Source of the DNA: a virus
Lineage: Duplodnaviria > Caudoviricetes
Length of the DNA: 36,954 bases
IMG/VR virus record: IMGVR_UViG_3300012920_000109
Coordinates: 1 to 36,954 of that record
Reading direction: 5' to 3' (one strand)
Under the pieces are notes generated by a model. The model had not been told where the DNA came from and ran no database searches. It saw only the letters and a list, made by a program, of their open reading frames with translations. Of the stretch, positions 17,349 through 27,315 are shown piece by piece. Each line of letters opens with the position of its first letter. Within the stretch, counting starts at the first letter, position 1. The position numbers were made by a program, and so were the translations under genes.

Positions 17349-17999
17349 ATGAAACTAATCAGAGAAGAGATTGAAAAGGTAGAGGTTCTTACCGAAAGTA
17401 AAAACGGTAAGAAAAGTCTTTACATCAAAGGCCCTTTTCTACAAGCAGAAAAAGTAAACCGAAATGGACGTATGTACCCAATGGGTATTATGGAAAAAGA
17501 GGTTGAAAGGTATAGTAAAGATTACGTTCAAAAAGGTCGTGCTCTTGGAGAATTAGGTCATCCTGATGGACCAACTGTAAATTTAGATAGAGTTTCTCAT
17601 AAAATAACTGAACTTTATAGAGATGGTAATAACTTTATAGGAAAGGCACAAATTTTGTCAACTCCTATGGGTAAGATTGCTGAATCTCTATTAAAAGATG
17701 GTGTAACTCTTGGAGTTTCTTCTAGAGGAATTGGATCCTTAAGAGAAACTAAGGGTGGTTATAAAGAGGTAGGTGAAGATTTTATGTTAGCAACTGCTGC
17801 AGATATTGTAGCAGATCCTTCTGCACCTGATGCATTTGTACAGGGAATTATGGAAGGAAAAGAGTGGATCTGGGATGGTGGAATTCTCAGAGAAAGATAT
17901 GCAGAGAATGCAAAAAGACAAATAAATACTCTTGTTCAACAAAAACAACTTGAAGAACATAAGTTAAGTTTATTTAATGACTTTTTAAATTCACTGTAA
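17349..17999 (+). CDS. g21: Prohead protease gp21
   Basis: NRNGRMYP, ALGELGHP (catalytic His), LGVSSRGIGS (catalytic Ser), DIVADPSAPDA. Confidence 0.97.
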   Translation: MKLIREEIEKVEVLTESKNGKKSLYIKGPFLQAEKVNRNGRMYPMGIMEKEVERYSKDYVQKGRALGELGHPDGPTVNLDRVSHKITELYRDGNNFIGKAQILSTPMGKIAESLLKDGVTLGVSSRGIGSLRETKGGYKEVGEDFMLATAADIVADPSAPDAFVQGIMEGKEWIWDGGILRERYAENAKRQINTLVQQKQLEEHKLSLFNDFLNSL

Positions 18000-18009
18000 T
18001 TTATTAAAT

Positions 18010-18017
18010 TATAAATA
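18010..18017 (+). promoter_or_regulatory. Late promoter (TATAAATA) for g22/g23
   Basis: Exact consensus, intergenic. Confidence 0.85.
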
Positions 18018-18056
18018 AATATATACAAATTAACCTAAGGTAAACGGAGCGTTCAA

Positions 18057-19214
18057 ATGTCTAGTGGTAAAGACTTACAGGAAATGGAAGCAGGCACTAA
18101 GCAATCCCAAACTGCAGTAAATTCTGGTGCTAAATCTGGAGAATCTATGGACTCAGTAGATAGCGTAACTCCTGGTCAAACAGGAAATTATGAAGATCTA
18201 GGTGGTCCTACTCCCGATAATTACAAAGTAGATGATGATTCTGCAAAATTAAAGGAGCCTTCTTTAAAAACTGTTGCTGATGTTGTCAAGAAGGGTGCAA
18301 AACCCGCCGAGGCAATGGCATCAGTCAAGAAAGAAGAAATCGAAGCTGAATCTGACGAAGTAGTTTCTGAAGAAGAAACTACCGAAGAGGAAGTTGTTTC
18401 CGAAGAAGAGACTACTGAAGAAGAAGTAGTTGCAGAAGAAGAAACTGTAGAAGAGGAAGTTGTTGCTGAGGAAGAGGAGTCCGCAGAAGAGTACAACGTA
18501 GAAGAAGATGTAAATGCTCTTCTACAAGGTGAAGAACTTTCTGAGGAATTCCAAGAGAAAGCAAGAACTATCTTTGAATCTGCGCTCCGTTCTAAAGTAT
18601 CAGAGATTCAAGAATCTCTTGAAGTTCAATACGAAGCAAAACTAGTAGAAGAAGTAGAAGAAATTAAGACTGCTCTAACTGAGCGTGTTGATTCTTATCT
18701 TGAGTATGTATCAAGTGAGTGGATGTCTGAGAACAGACTATCCGTTGAGAGAGGACTGAAGGAAGAATTAAATAATTCCTTTATGTCTGGTCTCAAGAAT
18801 CTTTTTGAAGAACATTATGTATCAATCCCTGAAGATAAATATGATGTGCTTGAGAGCATGGTAGAAAAACTTGATGATATGGAGACAAAACTCAACGAGC
18901 AAATCGATAAGAATATTACTCTAAACAAGCGTCTCTCCGAGTCGGTTGCAGATAGAATTTTCGATGAGATTTCTGGAGGCCTCGCTGCCACTCAGAAGGA
19001 AAAGCTCGCTTCACTTTCCGAAAGTGTTGAGTTTGAAAGTGAGACATCTTATCGTGAAAAGTTGGAAACCTTAAAAGAAGCATATTTTGCTACTAAGGTA
19101 ACTCAACAGGCAACTACCGAAACACTATCAGAAGGAGCAGAAATAACTCCTGAGCCTTACACAGATTCAATGGCTTCTTATCTGAGAACTCTTTCATCTG
19201 TTGTCAAAAAATGA
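18057..19214 (+). CDS. g22: Prohead core scaffold protein gp22
   Basis: Very acidic coiled coil; LSEEFQEKARTIFESA, VDSYLEYV..EW; position between g21 and g23. Confidence 0.95.
   Translation: MSSGKDLQEMEAGTKQSQTAVNSGAKSGESMDSVDSVTPGQTGNYEDLGGPTPDNYKVDDDSAKLKEPSLKTVADVVKKGAKPAEAMASVKKEEIEAESDEVVSEEETTEEEVVSEEETTEEEVVAEEETVEEEVVAEEEESAEEYNVEEDVNALLQGEELSEEFQEKARTIFESALRSKVSEIQESLEVQYEAKLVEEVEEIKTALTERVDSYLEYVSSEWMSENRLSVERGLKEELNNSFMSGLKNLFEEHYVSIPEDKYDVLESMVEKLDDMETKLNEQIDKNITLNKRLSESVADRIFDEISGGLAATQKEKLASLSESVEFESETSYREKLETLKEAYFATKVTQQATTETLSEGAEITPEPYTDSMASYLRTLSSVVKK
18357..18479 (+). repeat. Four degenerate 33-bp tandem repeats (EVV(S/A)EEETxEE)
   Basis: Units start at 18357, 18390, 18423 and 18456. 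Confidence 0.85.
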
Positions 19215-19266
19215 ATTTAATATTAATTCAAACAAACCACTAAATCTTTTAAAGAGGTAATAGCAA

Positions 19267-20670
19267 ATGTTCCAATCTGAACATCTGCAGGAAAAGTGGG
19301 CACCCCTTCTAAATGCTGAAGGATGCGAGGAAATCAAAGATTCCCATCGTAAAGCCGTAACCGCTGTCCTGCTCGAAAACCAAGAAAAATTCCTAAGAGA
19401 GCAAAACGCATTCTCCCAAGGCGGAATGCTAAACGAAGCTTCCCCCACCATGAACACTGCAACCGGTAACGGTTCTGCAGGTTTCAGCGCAGGCGCTGAT
19501 GCTGGTGGACCTGTTGCAGGTTTCGACCCCGTTCTGATCTCTCTAATCAGACGTGCAATGCCTAACTTGATCGCATACGATCTTGCAGGCGTTCAACCAA
19601 TGTCTGGTCCTACTGGACTCATCTTCGCAATGCGTTCCCGTCAAGGTTCTAATGACGGAACTGAGACTTTCTACGACGAAGTTGATTCCGCATTCTCCGG
19701 TCAGAATGATGGTCGCACTCTAAGCGACTTCACTGGAACCGCAGTTGGTATGGGTACTACTGCACAAGCAGGAGACAACCCCAGCATCCTTAACCCAACC
19801 AGTGGCGATCAAAGCGCATATAACACTGGTCAAGGAATGAAGACCACCTCTGCTGAAGCATTAGGCGATGCAGCTGGTAATCAGTTCAACGAGATGGCAT
19901 TCTCAATCGAGAAAGTCCTCGTCGAAGCAAAGTCAAGAGCACTCAAAGCTGAGTACTCCCTAGAACTCGCACAAGACCTCAAGGCAATCCATGGTCTGAA
20001 TGCTGAAGCGGAACTAGCAAACATTCTCTCTTCTGAGATTCTTGCTGAGATCAACCGTGAAGTCATCAGAACCATCTACAAGACTGCTGAGCAAGGCGCA
20101 ACCGCAAACGTTGCTACTGCAGGTGCATTCGACCTCGACGTTGACAGCAACGGTCGTTGGTCTGTTGAGAAGTTCAAGGGTCTACTCTTCCAAATCGAGC
20201 GCGATGCAAACGCAATCGCACAAAGAACTCGTAGAGGGAAGGGCAACGTAATTCTCTGCTCCGCAGACGTTGCTTCCGCACTAAGCATGGCTGGTGTACT
20301 CGATTACACCCCTGCACTAAATGCAAACCTCAACGTAGATGACACTGGTAACACCTTCGCTGGTGTACTACTCGGTAAGTTCCGCGTCTACATCGATCCT
20401 TATGCTGCAAACGTTGCTGCTAACCAGTACTACGTTGTTGGTTATAAGGGTTCTTCACCTTATGACGCAGGTCTCTTCTACTGCCCATATGTTCCCCTCC
20501 AGATGGTTCGTGCCGTTGGAGAGAACACCTTCCAGCCCAAGATTGGCTTTAAGACTCGTTACGGTCTTGTTGCTAACCCCTTCGCTGAAGGCACCAATCA
20601 AGGTCTCGGCGCACTTACTGTTAACGCAAACCGTTACTACAGAAGAGTCAAAGTTCAAAACCTCATGTGA
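19267..20670 (+). CDS. g23: Major capsid protein gp23
   Basis: KWAPLL, LLENQE, GVQPMSGPTGLIFAMR, KSRALKAEYSLELAQDLKAIHGL, FQPKIGFKTRYG. Confidence 0.99.
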   Translation: MFQSEHLQEKWAPLLNAEGCEEIKDSHRKAVTAVLLENQEKFLREQNAFSQGGMLNEASPTMNTATGNGSAGFSAGADAGGPVAGFDPVLISLIRRAMPNLIAYDLAGVQPMSGPTGLIFAMRSRQGSNDGTETFYDEVDSAFSGQNDGRTLSDFTGTAVGMGTTAQAGDNPSILNPTSGDQSAYNTGQGMKTTSAEALGDAAGNQFNEMAFSIEKVLVEAKSRALKAEYSLELAQDLKAIHGLNAEAELANILSSEILAEINREVIRTIYKTAEQGATANVATAGAFDLDVDSNGRWSVEKFKGLLFQIERDANAIAQRTRRGKGNVILCSADVASALSMAGVLDYTPALNANLNVDDTGNTFAGVLLGKFRVYIDPYAANVAANQYYVVGYKGSSPYDAGLFYCPYVPLQMVRAVGENTFQPKIGFKTRYGLVANPFAEGTNQGLGALTVNANRYYRRVKVQNLM

Positions 20671-20691
20671 TTCAGATTCACATATTTTATC

Positions 20692-20719
20692 AAGAGACCC
20701 TTCGGGGTCTCTTTTTTTT
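20692..20719 (+). terminator. Rho-independent terminator with cUUCGg tetraloop
   Basis: aagagaccc-ttcg-gggtctctt followed by a T run, just after g23. Confidence 0.95.
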
Positions 20720-20730
20720 ATGGTCATTAG

Positions 20731-20737
20731 ATAAATA
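20731..20737 (+). promoter_or_regulatory. Putative late promoter (ATAAATA) for g3
   Basis: Immediately downstream of the terminator. Confidence 0.75.
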
Positions 20738-20753
20738 AATTTAAACGACAAGC

Positions 20754-21356
20754 ATGGCAAATACTAATAGGATGAATTCACAGTTTAGAAAACAAATACA
20801 AAATAGAAATTTTCTATCACCTCTTGGATATAAATTTGTACTAACTAGAGCACCTAAAGTTGCATTTTTTGCTAATTCTGCAGTCATTCCAGGAATAGAG
20901 TTGGGTGTAGTAGAACAACCAAACTATCTAAGAAAAATTCCAGTTCCTGGAGATATGATTCAATTTCAAGATTTGGTTCTTAGATTTATGATCGATGAAA
21001 ATCTTGAAAATTATATGGAGATTCAAAATTGGATAAGAGGTCTTGGATTTCCAGAATCTTTAAATGAAATTTATAATTTACAAAAGAAAACAGAGTATGC
21101 AGAATTGTATCCAGATATTTTTAGAAGTGAGATGAATATATACTCGGATGCAACTTTATTTGTTTTAACGAATAGTGAGGCAAATAATTTTAAAGTTAAT
21201 TTTAAAGGATTATTTCCATATTCACTAACTGATATTCAATTTGATTCAACTCCAGATGATGTTCAGTATGTTAGAGCGGAAGTCAAATTTAAATATATGA
21301 TGTATAATATACTAGATAGAAACGATAAACCTCTACACCCATTAAATGTCTCATGA
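20754..21356 (+). CDS. g3: Tail completion/sheath stabiliser gp3
   Basis: NRNFLSP.GYKF...PKVAFF...IPVPGD...L.LRFMIDENLENYMEIQNW; synteny after g23. Confidence 0.88.
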   Translation: MANTNRMNSQFRKQIQNRNFLSPLGYKFVLTRAPKVAFFANSAVIPGIELGVVEQPNYLRKIPVPGDMIQFQDLVLRFMIDENLENYMEIQNWIRGLGFPESLNEIYNLQKKTEYAELYPDIFRSEMNIYSDATLFVLTNSEANNFKVNFKGLFPYSLTDIQFDSTPDDVQYVRAEVKFKYMMYNILDRNDKPLHPLNVS

Positions 21357-21790
21357 TGATTGACCTTGAAAAATTACAAAATATGTGGGAAAAAGATTCC
21401 CAAATTGATCCAGATAATTTACATCAAGAATCTTTAAATATTCCAATATTACATGCGAAATATTTTGAAGTATATAATAATATTCTTTTATTAAGAGCAA
21501 GAGCAGATCAACACAAAAAGAATATACGGCACAGTAGATATGAATATTTTACAGGAAAAGCAGATCCAGAGGTTTATGTTGAAGAACCTTTTGGTAAAAA
21601 AATAAGAGATAAAGAAACCATGCAAAAGTATTTGGATGCTGATGAAAAATTATCTAATGCAGGGTTAAAGGTACAATATTATGATGTTATGATTAAATAT
21701 TTGGAAGATATTATTAAATCAATTCATAATAGAACATTTCAAATTAAAAATGCAATAGAGTATATGAAATTCCAATCTGGTATGGGGTAA
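21353..21790 (+). CDS. uvsY: Recombination mediator UvsY
   Basis: WEKDSQID...ESLNIP.LHAKY...NRTFQIKNAIE. Confidence 0.92.
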   Translation: MMIDLEKLQNMWEKDSQIDPDNLHQESLNIPILHAKYFEVYNNILLLRARADQHKKNIRHSRYEYFTGKADPEVYVEEPFGKKIRDKETMQKYLDADEKLSNAGLKVQYYDVMIKYLEDIIKSIHNRTFQIKNAIEYMKFQSGMG

Positions 21791-21797
21791 ATAAATA
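21791..21797 (+). promoter_or_regulatory. Putative late promoter (ATAAATA) for uvsW
   Basis: Intergenic; uvsW is a late gene in T4. Confidence 0.7.
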
Positions 21798-21819
21798 CTA
21801 ATAAGTATTTTGTTCATGT

Positions 21820-23283
21820 ATGTCTGATGTAGTAATATCCAAGAAAAATGAGGTTTACATTAAATTAGAATGTGATCCTCATATCTTGTATGAACTCCAA
21901 GAATATTTTACTTTTGATGTTGAGGGTGCAAAGTTCATGCCTCAAATGAGAAGTAAATATTGGGATGGAAAAATTAGACTACTGAGTACTCACACGGGAG
22001 AAATATATGTGGGTCTCCTAGATAAAGTAATTGAAAAGATTAAACTTCATAACTATACTTATGAGTTCAAGAGTAATCCTTATTATGGATTACCATTTGA
22101 AGTCAATGATAATATTTCAGAAGAAGGCGTCAAAGATTATGTAAACTCTATTTCAAGATTTAAACCTAGACCTTATCAGTTAGAAGGAATATACACGGCA
22201 TTAAGATATAATAGAAAGTTATTGATAAGTCCAACGGCATCTGGAAAGAGTTTAATGATTTATTCTCTTGTTAGATACTATGTGTCTAAAGGTGAGAAAA
22301 TATTACTAATTGTTCCAACTACAAGTCTTGTCGAACAGATGGTAAAAGACTTTGCAGATTATGGTTGGGACTCAGATTCTAATTGTCATAAAATTTATTC
22401 TGGTAGAGAGAAGCATACTAATCTTCCAGTAACAGTAACCACATGGCAAAGTATTTACAAACTACCAAAATCTTTCTTTGAAAGTTATACTGTTGTAATT
22501 GGTGATGAAGCACATCAGTTTAAGAGTAAGTCATTAGTTTCTATCATGACTAAACTACATCATACTAAGTATAGGTTTGGGTTTACTGGAACTTTAGATG
22601 GATCTCAAACACATAAGTGGGTTTTAGAGGGTCTTTTTGGTCCATCTTATAGAGTTACTAAAACTGCAGAACTAATGGAGAAAGGACACCTTTCAAAGTT
22701 AGATATTCAGTGTCTACTTCTAAAGCATAGACCAATGATTTTTAATACCTATGAAGATGAAATTCAATTTTTAATTACTAATGATAAAAGAAATAACTTT
22801 ATCAAAAATTTATCTTTAGAACTCAAAGGAAATACTTTAATTCTTTTTTCAAGAGTTGAAACTCATGGAAAACCTTTGTATGAACTAATAAATAGTCATG
22901 TTAATGATGATAGAAAAATTTTCTTTGTCCATGGTGGGGTGGACACTTCTGAAAGAGAATTGGTAAGGGAAATTACTGAGAAAGAAAATAACGCAATTAT
23001 CGTAGCATCCTATGGAGTTTTTTCTACAGGAATTAATATCAAAAATTTACATAATGTAGTTTTTGCATCTCCAAGTAAATCTAGAATTAGAAATCTACAA
23101 TCAATCGGAAGAGTATTAAGAAAAGGCACTACTAAAACAAAAGCAAAATTATATGATATTTCTGATGATTGTACAATCAACGGTAGAAAAAATTATACTT
23201 TGAATCATTTAATAGAAAGAATTAAAATCTATAACGAAGAAAAGTTTAATTATGACATTATAACAATCAACTTAAAGCTATGA
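21820..23283 (+). CDS. uvsW: SF2 DNA helicase UvsW
   Basis: WDGKIRL, SPTASGKS, GDEAH, GFTGT, LQSIGRVLR. Confidence 0.97.
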   Translation: MSDVVISKKNEVYIKLECDPHILYELQEYFTFDVEGAKFMPQMRSKYWDGKIRLLSTHTGEIYVGLLDKVIEKIKLHNYTYEFKSNPYYGLPFEVNDNISEEGVKDYVNSISRFKPRPYQLEGIYTALRYNRKLLISPTASGKSLMIYSLVRYYVSKGEKILLIVPTTSLVEQMVKDFADYGWDSDSNCHKIYSGREKHTNLPVTVTTWQSIYKLPKSFFESYTVVIGDEAHQFKSKSLVSIMTKLHHTKYRFGFTGTLDGSQTHKWVLEGLFGPSYRVTKTAELMEKGHLSKLDIQCLLLKHRPMIFNTYEDEIQFLITNDKRNNFIKNLSLELKGNTLILFSRVETHGKPLYELINSHVNDDRKIFFVHGGVDTSERELVREITEKENNAIIVASYGVFSTGINIKNLHNVVFASPSKSRIRNLQSIGRVLRKGTTKTKAKLYDISDDCTINGRKNYTLNHLIERIKIYNEEKFNYDIITINLKL

Positions 23284-23681
23284 TGGAAGACGATTTTTAT
23301 GCAACACTAAAATTAAAAACAGGTGAAGAAATTTTTGCCAAGGTAATACCAACTGATGAGTCTGATAATTTAAAATTGTTAATAACAAATCCAATTGTAA
23401 TTACTAATTTAAATTCTAGGACTGGAAATAAAGTTGGGTATAAAGTAGAACCATGGTTAAAAACAACTAAAGAAGATATGTTTGTTATTAATTTAACTGA
23501 TGTAATTACAATATCAGAATCTAGAGATGTAGAAATGATAATGATGCATCAAACATTTATTAAAAAACAGAACGATACAGTGTTTGAAACAAAGAAACCA
23601 AACATGACTAGAAAGATGGGTTATCTCTCTGATGTTAATGAGGCTAAAAAAATCTTAGAGAAGATATATAAAAATCTCTAA
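23280..23681 (+). CDS. Conserved hypothetical protein, possible Sm-like fold
   Basis: YATLKLKTGEEIFAKV...NPIV...VEPW; ATGA overlap with uvsW. Confidence 0.75.
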   Translation: MMEDDFYATLKLKTGEEIFAKVIPTDESDNLKLLITNPIVITNLNSRTGNKVGYKVEPWLKTTKEDMFVINLTDVITISESRDVEMIMMHQTFIKKQNDTVFETKKPNMTRKMGYLSDVNEAKKILEKIYKNL

Positions 23682-23716
23682 GTAACTAAAGCTGTCTTAT
23701 GAACGCTCACAAAGCA

Positions 23717-23746
23717 ATTATAATACTACGTCCTATACCTTGTCAA
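23717..23746 (-). promoter_or_regulatory. Antisense sigma70-type promoter TTGACA-N18-TATAAT
   Basis: + strand tgtcaa at 23741-23746 and attata at 23717-23722. Confidence 0.6.
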
Positions 23747-23747
23747 G

Positions 23748-23776
23748 TTGTTATTGAGAGTAAGGAGTGCTATAAT
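23748..23776 (+). promoter_or_regulatory. Sigma70-type promoter for g55: TTGTTA-N17-TATAAT with extended -10 TG
   Basis: -35 at 23748-23753, -10 at 23771-23776, preceded by TGC. Confidence 0.75.
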
Positions 23777-23810
23777 ATGAGCACCTATAAAGTAAACAAA
23801 AAATGAGATC

Positions 23811-24290
23811 ATGAAAAAAAGACAACAGTCCGTACACTACGTCAATAATAAAGATTTTCTTGATGCTATTATCGAGTATAAAAACAGTGTAGAAGACGCT
23901 GAAAAAAACGGACTACCAAAACCTAGAATTACAAATTATCTAGGAGAATGCTTCTTAAAGATTGCAAATCATTTATCTTTCAAACCTAATTTTGTAAATT
24001 ACATTTTTAAAGATGATATGATCTCTGATGGTATTGAAAACTGCGTTCAGTATATTCATAATTTTAATCCAGAAAAATCTCAAAATCCTTTTGCGTATTT
24101 TACTCAGATTATCTATTATGCATTTCTTCGTCGTATTCAAAGAGAGAAACGTCAGTTAGACATCAAAAATAAGATCTTAGAAAAGACTGGATTTGATGAG
24201 GTGTTTGTTGATGACTCGATGATTGACGGAAACAACTATAGCGACTATAATTCTATCAAAGATAACGTGTACTCCAAACTTAGAGGTTAA
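23811..24290 (+). CDS. g55: Late-transcription sigma factor gp55
   Basis: HYVNNKDFL, YLGECFLKIA.HLS.KPNF.NY...DMISDGIENC, NPFAYFTQI.YYAFLRRI. Confidence 0.97.
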   Translation: MKKRQQSVHYVNNKDFLDAIIEYKNSVEDAEKNGLPKPRITNYLGECFLKIANHLSFKPNFVNYIFKDDMISDGIENCVQYIHNFNPEKSQNPFAYFTQIIYYAFLRRIQREKRQLDIKNKILEKTGFDEVFVDDSMIDGNNYSDYNSIKDNVYSKLRG

Positions 24291-25321
24291 TGCTAACAGC
24301 AATTATTACAGATCAACATTTTGGATGTAGAAAAAATTCTGATTTATTTCATAATTATTTTTTACAGTTCTATGAAATTTTCTTTAAGAATATAGAAGAT
24401 AATAAAATTAAAACTATTATTGATCTTGGAGATACATTTGACCATCGTAAGAATATTGACTTTGCTGCTTTAGATTGGGCTAAGAAAAATTACTATGATA
24501 GATTGCAAGATCTAGGTTGTACTGTATATACAATAGTTGGAAATCATACTGCATACTATAAGAATACTAATTCTGTAAATGCAGTAGATCTATTGTTGAG
24601 AGAGTATGATAATGTTAAGGTCATCTCAGAACCAACAGAACTTATTGTTGGAGGTCTACCTATTCTTTTCATTCCTTGGATTAACCAAGAGAATGAGTAT
24701 GATACTTTGATGGCAATTAAGAAAACAAAAGCAAGTGTTGCTATGGGTCATTTAGAGATATCTGGATTCCAAGCATATAAAGGTCATGTAATGGAAGATG
24801 GTTGGGATAAAAACATATTTAAAAAATTTGATATTGTTTTTTCTGGACATTATCACACCAGATCTAATAATGGAAAAATATTTTATCTAGGTAATCCTTA
24901 TGAAATGTATTGGAATGATCTAAATGATGAAAGAGGTTTTCATTTCTTTGATACTAAAAATCTTTTTCTAGATCCAATCAATAATCCATATAGAATGTTT
25001 TATCAGATTGAATATCATGATGGAATTGAGGTTGATTTTGATGAGTATAAAAATAAAATTGTTAAAGTAATTGTCAAACAAAAAACTAATGTTGCTGAGT
25101 TTGATGACTTCATTAATGCTTTATATAGAGCAGATGCTGCTGAAGTAAAAGTTGTTGAAAACTTTAATACAGAAGCACCACCAATTTTTGAAGAACTTGA
25201 GTCTGAGCATACAATTTCTATTGTAAATAAATATATCCAAGAATCCACAACGGATTTAGAAAAGTCAAAAATTAATAAAATTTTTGAAGAAGTTTACAAA
25301 GAAGCTTGCGAAATGATATAA
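24290..25321 (+). CDS. g47: Recombination endonuclease gp47 (Mre11/SbcD-like)
   Basis: ITDQHFG, DLGDTFD, VGNH, GHLE, FSGHYH metallophosphoesterase motifs. Confidence 0.95.
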   Translation: MLTAIITDQHFGCRKNSDLFHNYFLQFYEIFFKNIEDNKIKTIIDLGDTFDHRKNIDFAALDWAKKNYYDRLQDLGCTVYTIVGNHTAYYKNTNSVNAVDLLLREYDNVKVISEPTELIVGGLPILFIPWINQENEYDTLMAIKKTKASVAMGHLEISGFQAYKGHVMEDGWDKNIFKKFDIVFSGHYHTRSNNGKIFYLGNPYEMYWNDLNDERGFHFFDTKNLFLDPINNPYRMFYQIEYHDGIEVDFDEYKNKIVKVIVKQKTNVAEFDDFINALYRADAAEVKVVENFNTEAPPIFEELESEHTISIVNKYIQESTTDLEKSKINKIFEEVYKEACEMI

Positions 25322-25602
25322 TGTATATTATAACCATGGCAGGAAATAAAGATGATGGAGCGTTCTCTTTAAGGAATGAAGATGGAGAAAGTGTACTCTG
25401 CATCTTTAAAGAGAATGACGATGCAGAAAGGTATGCTATGCTTTTAAACGAGAGTGATAAGTACCCTACCATGGAGGTGTATGAGGTAGAAGATGAAGCA
25501 GTAATTTATGCATGTGAACTGCATGGATATGAATACATCGTATTTACTAAGAATGATATTGTAATTCCGCCATTTGAAGATGATTATTTTTCAGACGATT
25601 AA
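25321..25602 (+). CDS. Conserved hypothetical protein between g47 and g46
   Basis: TAATG-coupled ATG at 25321; DGAFS...VLCIF...DDAERYA..L...IVIPP. Confidence 0.75.
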   Translation: MYIITMAGNKDDGAFSLRNEDGESVLCIFKENDDAERYAMLLNESDKYPTMEVYEVEDEAVIYACELHGYEYIVFTKNDIVIPPFEDDYFSDD

Positions 25603-27289
25603 ATATAAAAATTTCCTTAGTTGTGGAGATTACTTTATTGAGATTAAACTTAATGAAGACCCAACAACCCTAGTAGTTGGTAATAACGGATCTGGTAAGA
25701 GTACAATGCTAGATGCTCTTACCTATGCTCTCTTTGGTAAATCCTTTAGAGGAATCAATAAACCTCAATTATTAAACTCTACAAATGAGAAAGGATGTAT
25801 AGTTGAACTTATTTTTTCTATTGGTAATGTTAATTGGAAGATTGTTCGTGGAATGAAACCTAACATCTTTGAGATTCATAAAAATGGAAAATTAGTTGAC
25901 CAACAATCATCAGCAGCTGATCAACAAAAAATACTTGAGCAAAGTATTTTAAAAATGAATTATAAATCATTCACTCAGTTAGTTGTTCTTGGTAGTAGTA
26001 ACTTTGTTCCTTTCATGCAGTTAACTGCTGCTAGTAGAAGAGAAGTTATTGAAGATTTACTTGACATCAAAATCTTCTCTTCAATGTCAACTATTATTAA
26101 AGATAATGTAAAAAAGATTAGAGATGAATTGAATGTCCTTCAACTTAAGGAAGATTCTTTGAGTGATAAGTATAATATGCAGTTGCAATTTATTGATAAA
26201 CTTGAAAGTCAAGGCAAAGATACTATTCAAATGAAACAGAATAGAATTAAATCCCTTGCAAAAGAAGCAACAGAACTTATTCAAAAGAACTTGAATATTA
26301 ATAAAAACATTGAATCTTTAAATGATACAATGAAAAAGTTTGAGTCATCCGGAAAGACTCTGATAAAGTTTACAAATTTAAAGGCAAAAATTAGTCAAAG
26401 GAGAGATACATTTCAGAAAGAGGAAAGATTTTTTTCAGAGAATTCGGTTTGCCCTACATGCACTCAAAATATAGAAGAATCTTTTAGGTTAAATAAAATT
26501 GATGATTTAAAATCTTCTATTACTGAATTTGAAAATGGTCTTGAAGAACTTCAGACTAAAATAGTAGAAGAAGATAATAAATCTAAACAGTTCACTAACT
26601 TATCTGGGGAGGTCGTTTCTCTAACACATGAAATTTCTCAAAACAACAATTGGATTTCTAGCATACAAACTCAATGCAAAAATCTACAACAAGAAATTCA
26701 AACTATTGCCGATCAACTTGAGAGTAGAAATTCTGAACATGAGAAACTAGAAGAGTTTAATAAAAATCTAAAAACTCTAAAAAAAGAAATTATTTCTAAT
26801 AAAGAGTTAATCCAATATTACAATTTTTGTCAGTCACTTTTGAAAGATGGTGGGGTTAAAACTCAAATTATTAAAAAGTATCTCCCACTGATTAATCAGC
26901 AAGTGAATCGATATCTTCAAATGATGGATTTCTATATTAATTTCACATTAGACGAAGAATTTAACGAGACGGTACAATCACCAATCCATGAAGACTTCAC
27001 TTATTCTTCGTTTAGTGAAGGTGAAAAATCCAGAATTAATTTATCGTTGTTATTTGCTTGGCGAGAAGTTGCAAGAGTTAAAAATTCATTGAATTGTAAT
27101 TTAATTATTTTTGATGAAACATTTGATTCTTCTTTAGATGGATTTGGTGCCGATGAGTTTATGAAAATTATTAGATATGTTATTAGTGATGCAAATGTTT
27201 TTGTGATTTCTCACAAGGATTCACTTAAAGATAAGTTTGAAAATGTGGTCAAGTTTGAGAAGCGTAAAAACTTTTCTTACAAGGTCTAA
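25580..27289 (+). CDS. g46: Recombination ATPase gp46 (Rad50/SbcC-like)
   Basis: KNFLS, Walker A GNNGSGKST, zinc hook CPTC, signature FSEGEK, Walker B IIFDE, VISH. Confidence 0.97.
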   Translation: MIIFQTIKYKNFLSCGDYFIEIKLNEDPTTLVVGNNGSGKSTMLDALTYALFGKSFRGINKPQLLNSTNEKGCIVELIFSIGNVNWKIVRGMKPNIFEIHKNGKLVDQQSSAADQQKILEQSILKMNYKSFTQLVVLGSSNFVPFMQLTAASRREVIEDLLDIKIFSSMSTIIKDNVKKIRDELNVLQLKEDSLSDKYNMQLQFIDKLESQGKDTIQMKQNRIKSLAKEATELIQKNLNINKNIESLNDTMKKFESSGKTLIKFTNLKAKISQRRDTFQKEERFFSENSVCPTCTQNIEESFRLNKIDDLKSSITEFENGLEELQTKIVEEDNKSKQFTNLSGEVVSLTHEISQNNNWISSIQTQCKNLQQEIQTIADQLESRNSEHEKLEEFNKNLKTLKKEIISNKELIQYYNFCQSLLKDGGVKTQIIKKYLPLINQQVNRYLQMMDFYINFTLDEEFNETVQSPIHEDFTYSSFSEGEKSRINLSLLFAWREVARVKNSLNCNLIIFDETFDSSLDGFGADEFMKIIRYVISDANVFVISHKDSLKDKFENVVKFEKRKNFSYKV

Positions 27290-27315
27290 ATATAGTATAA
27301 AATTATTTTTTTATT

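Noticed and set aside
19267-20670. Higher GC of g23 as evidence of horizontal transfer
   Set aside because: C-ending codon preference (TTC, AAC, ATC, TAC) is expected for the most highly expressed phage gene, and synteny is canonical.
10071-23283. Introns or inteins in g17, g20, g23 or uvsW
   Set aside because: The ORFs are continuous and of ordinary length, with no splicing or LAGLIDADG motifs.
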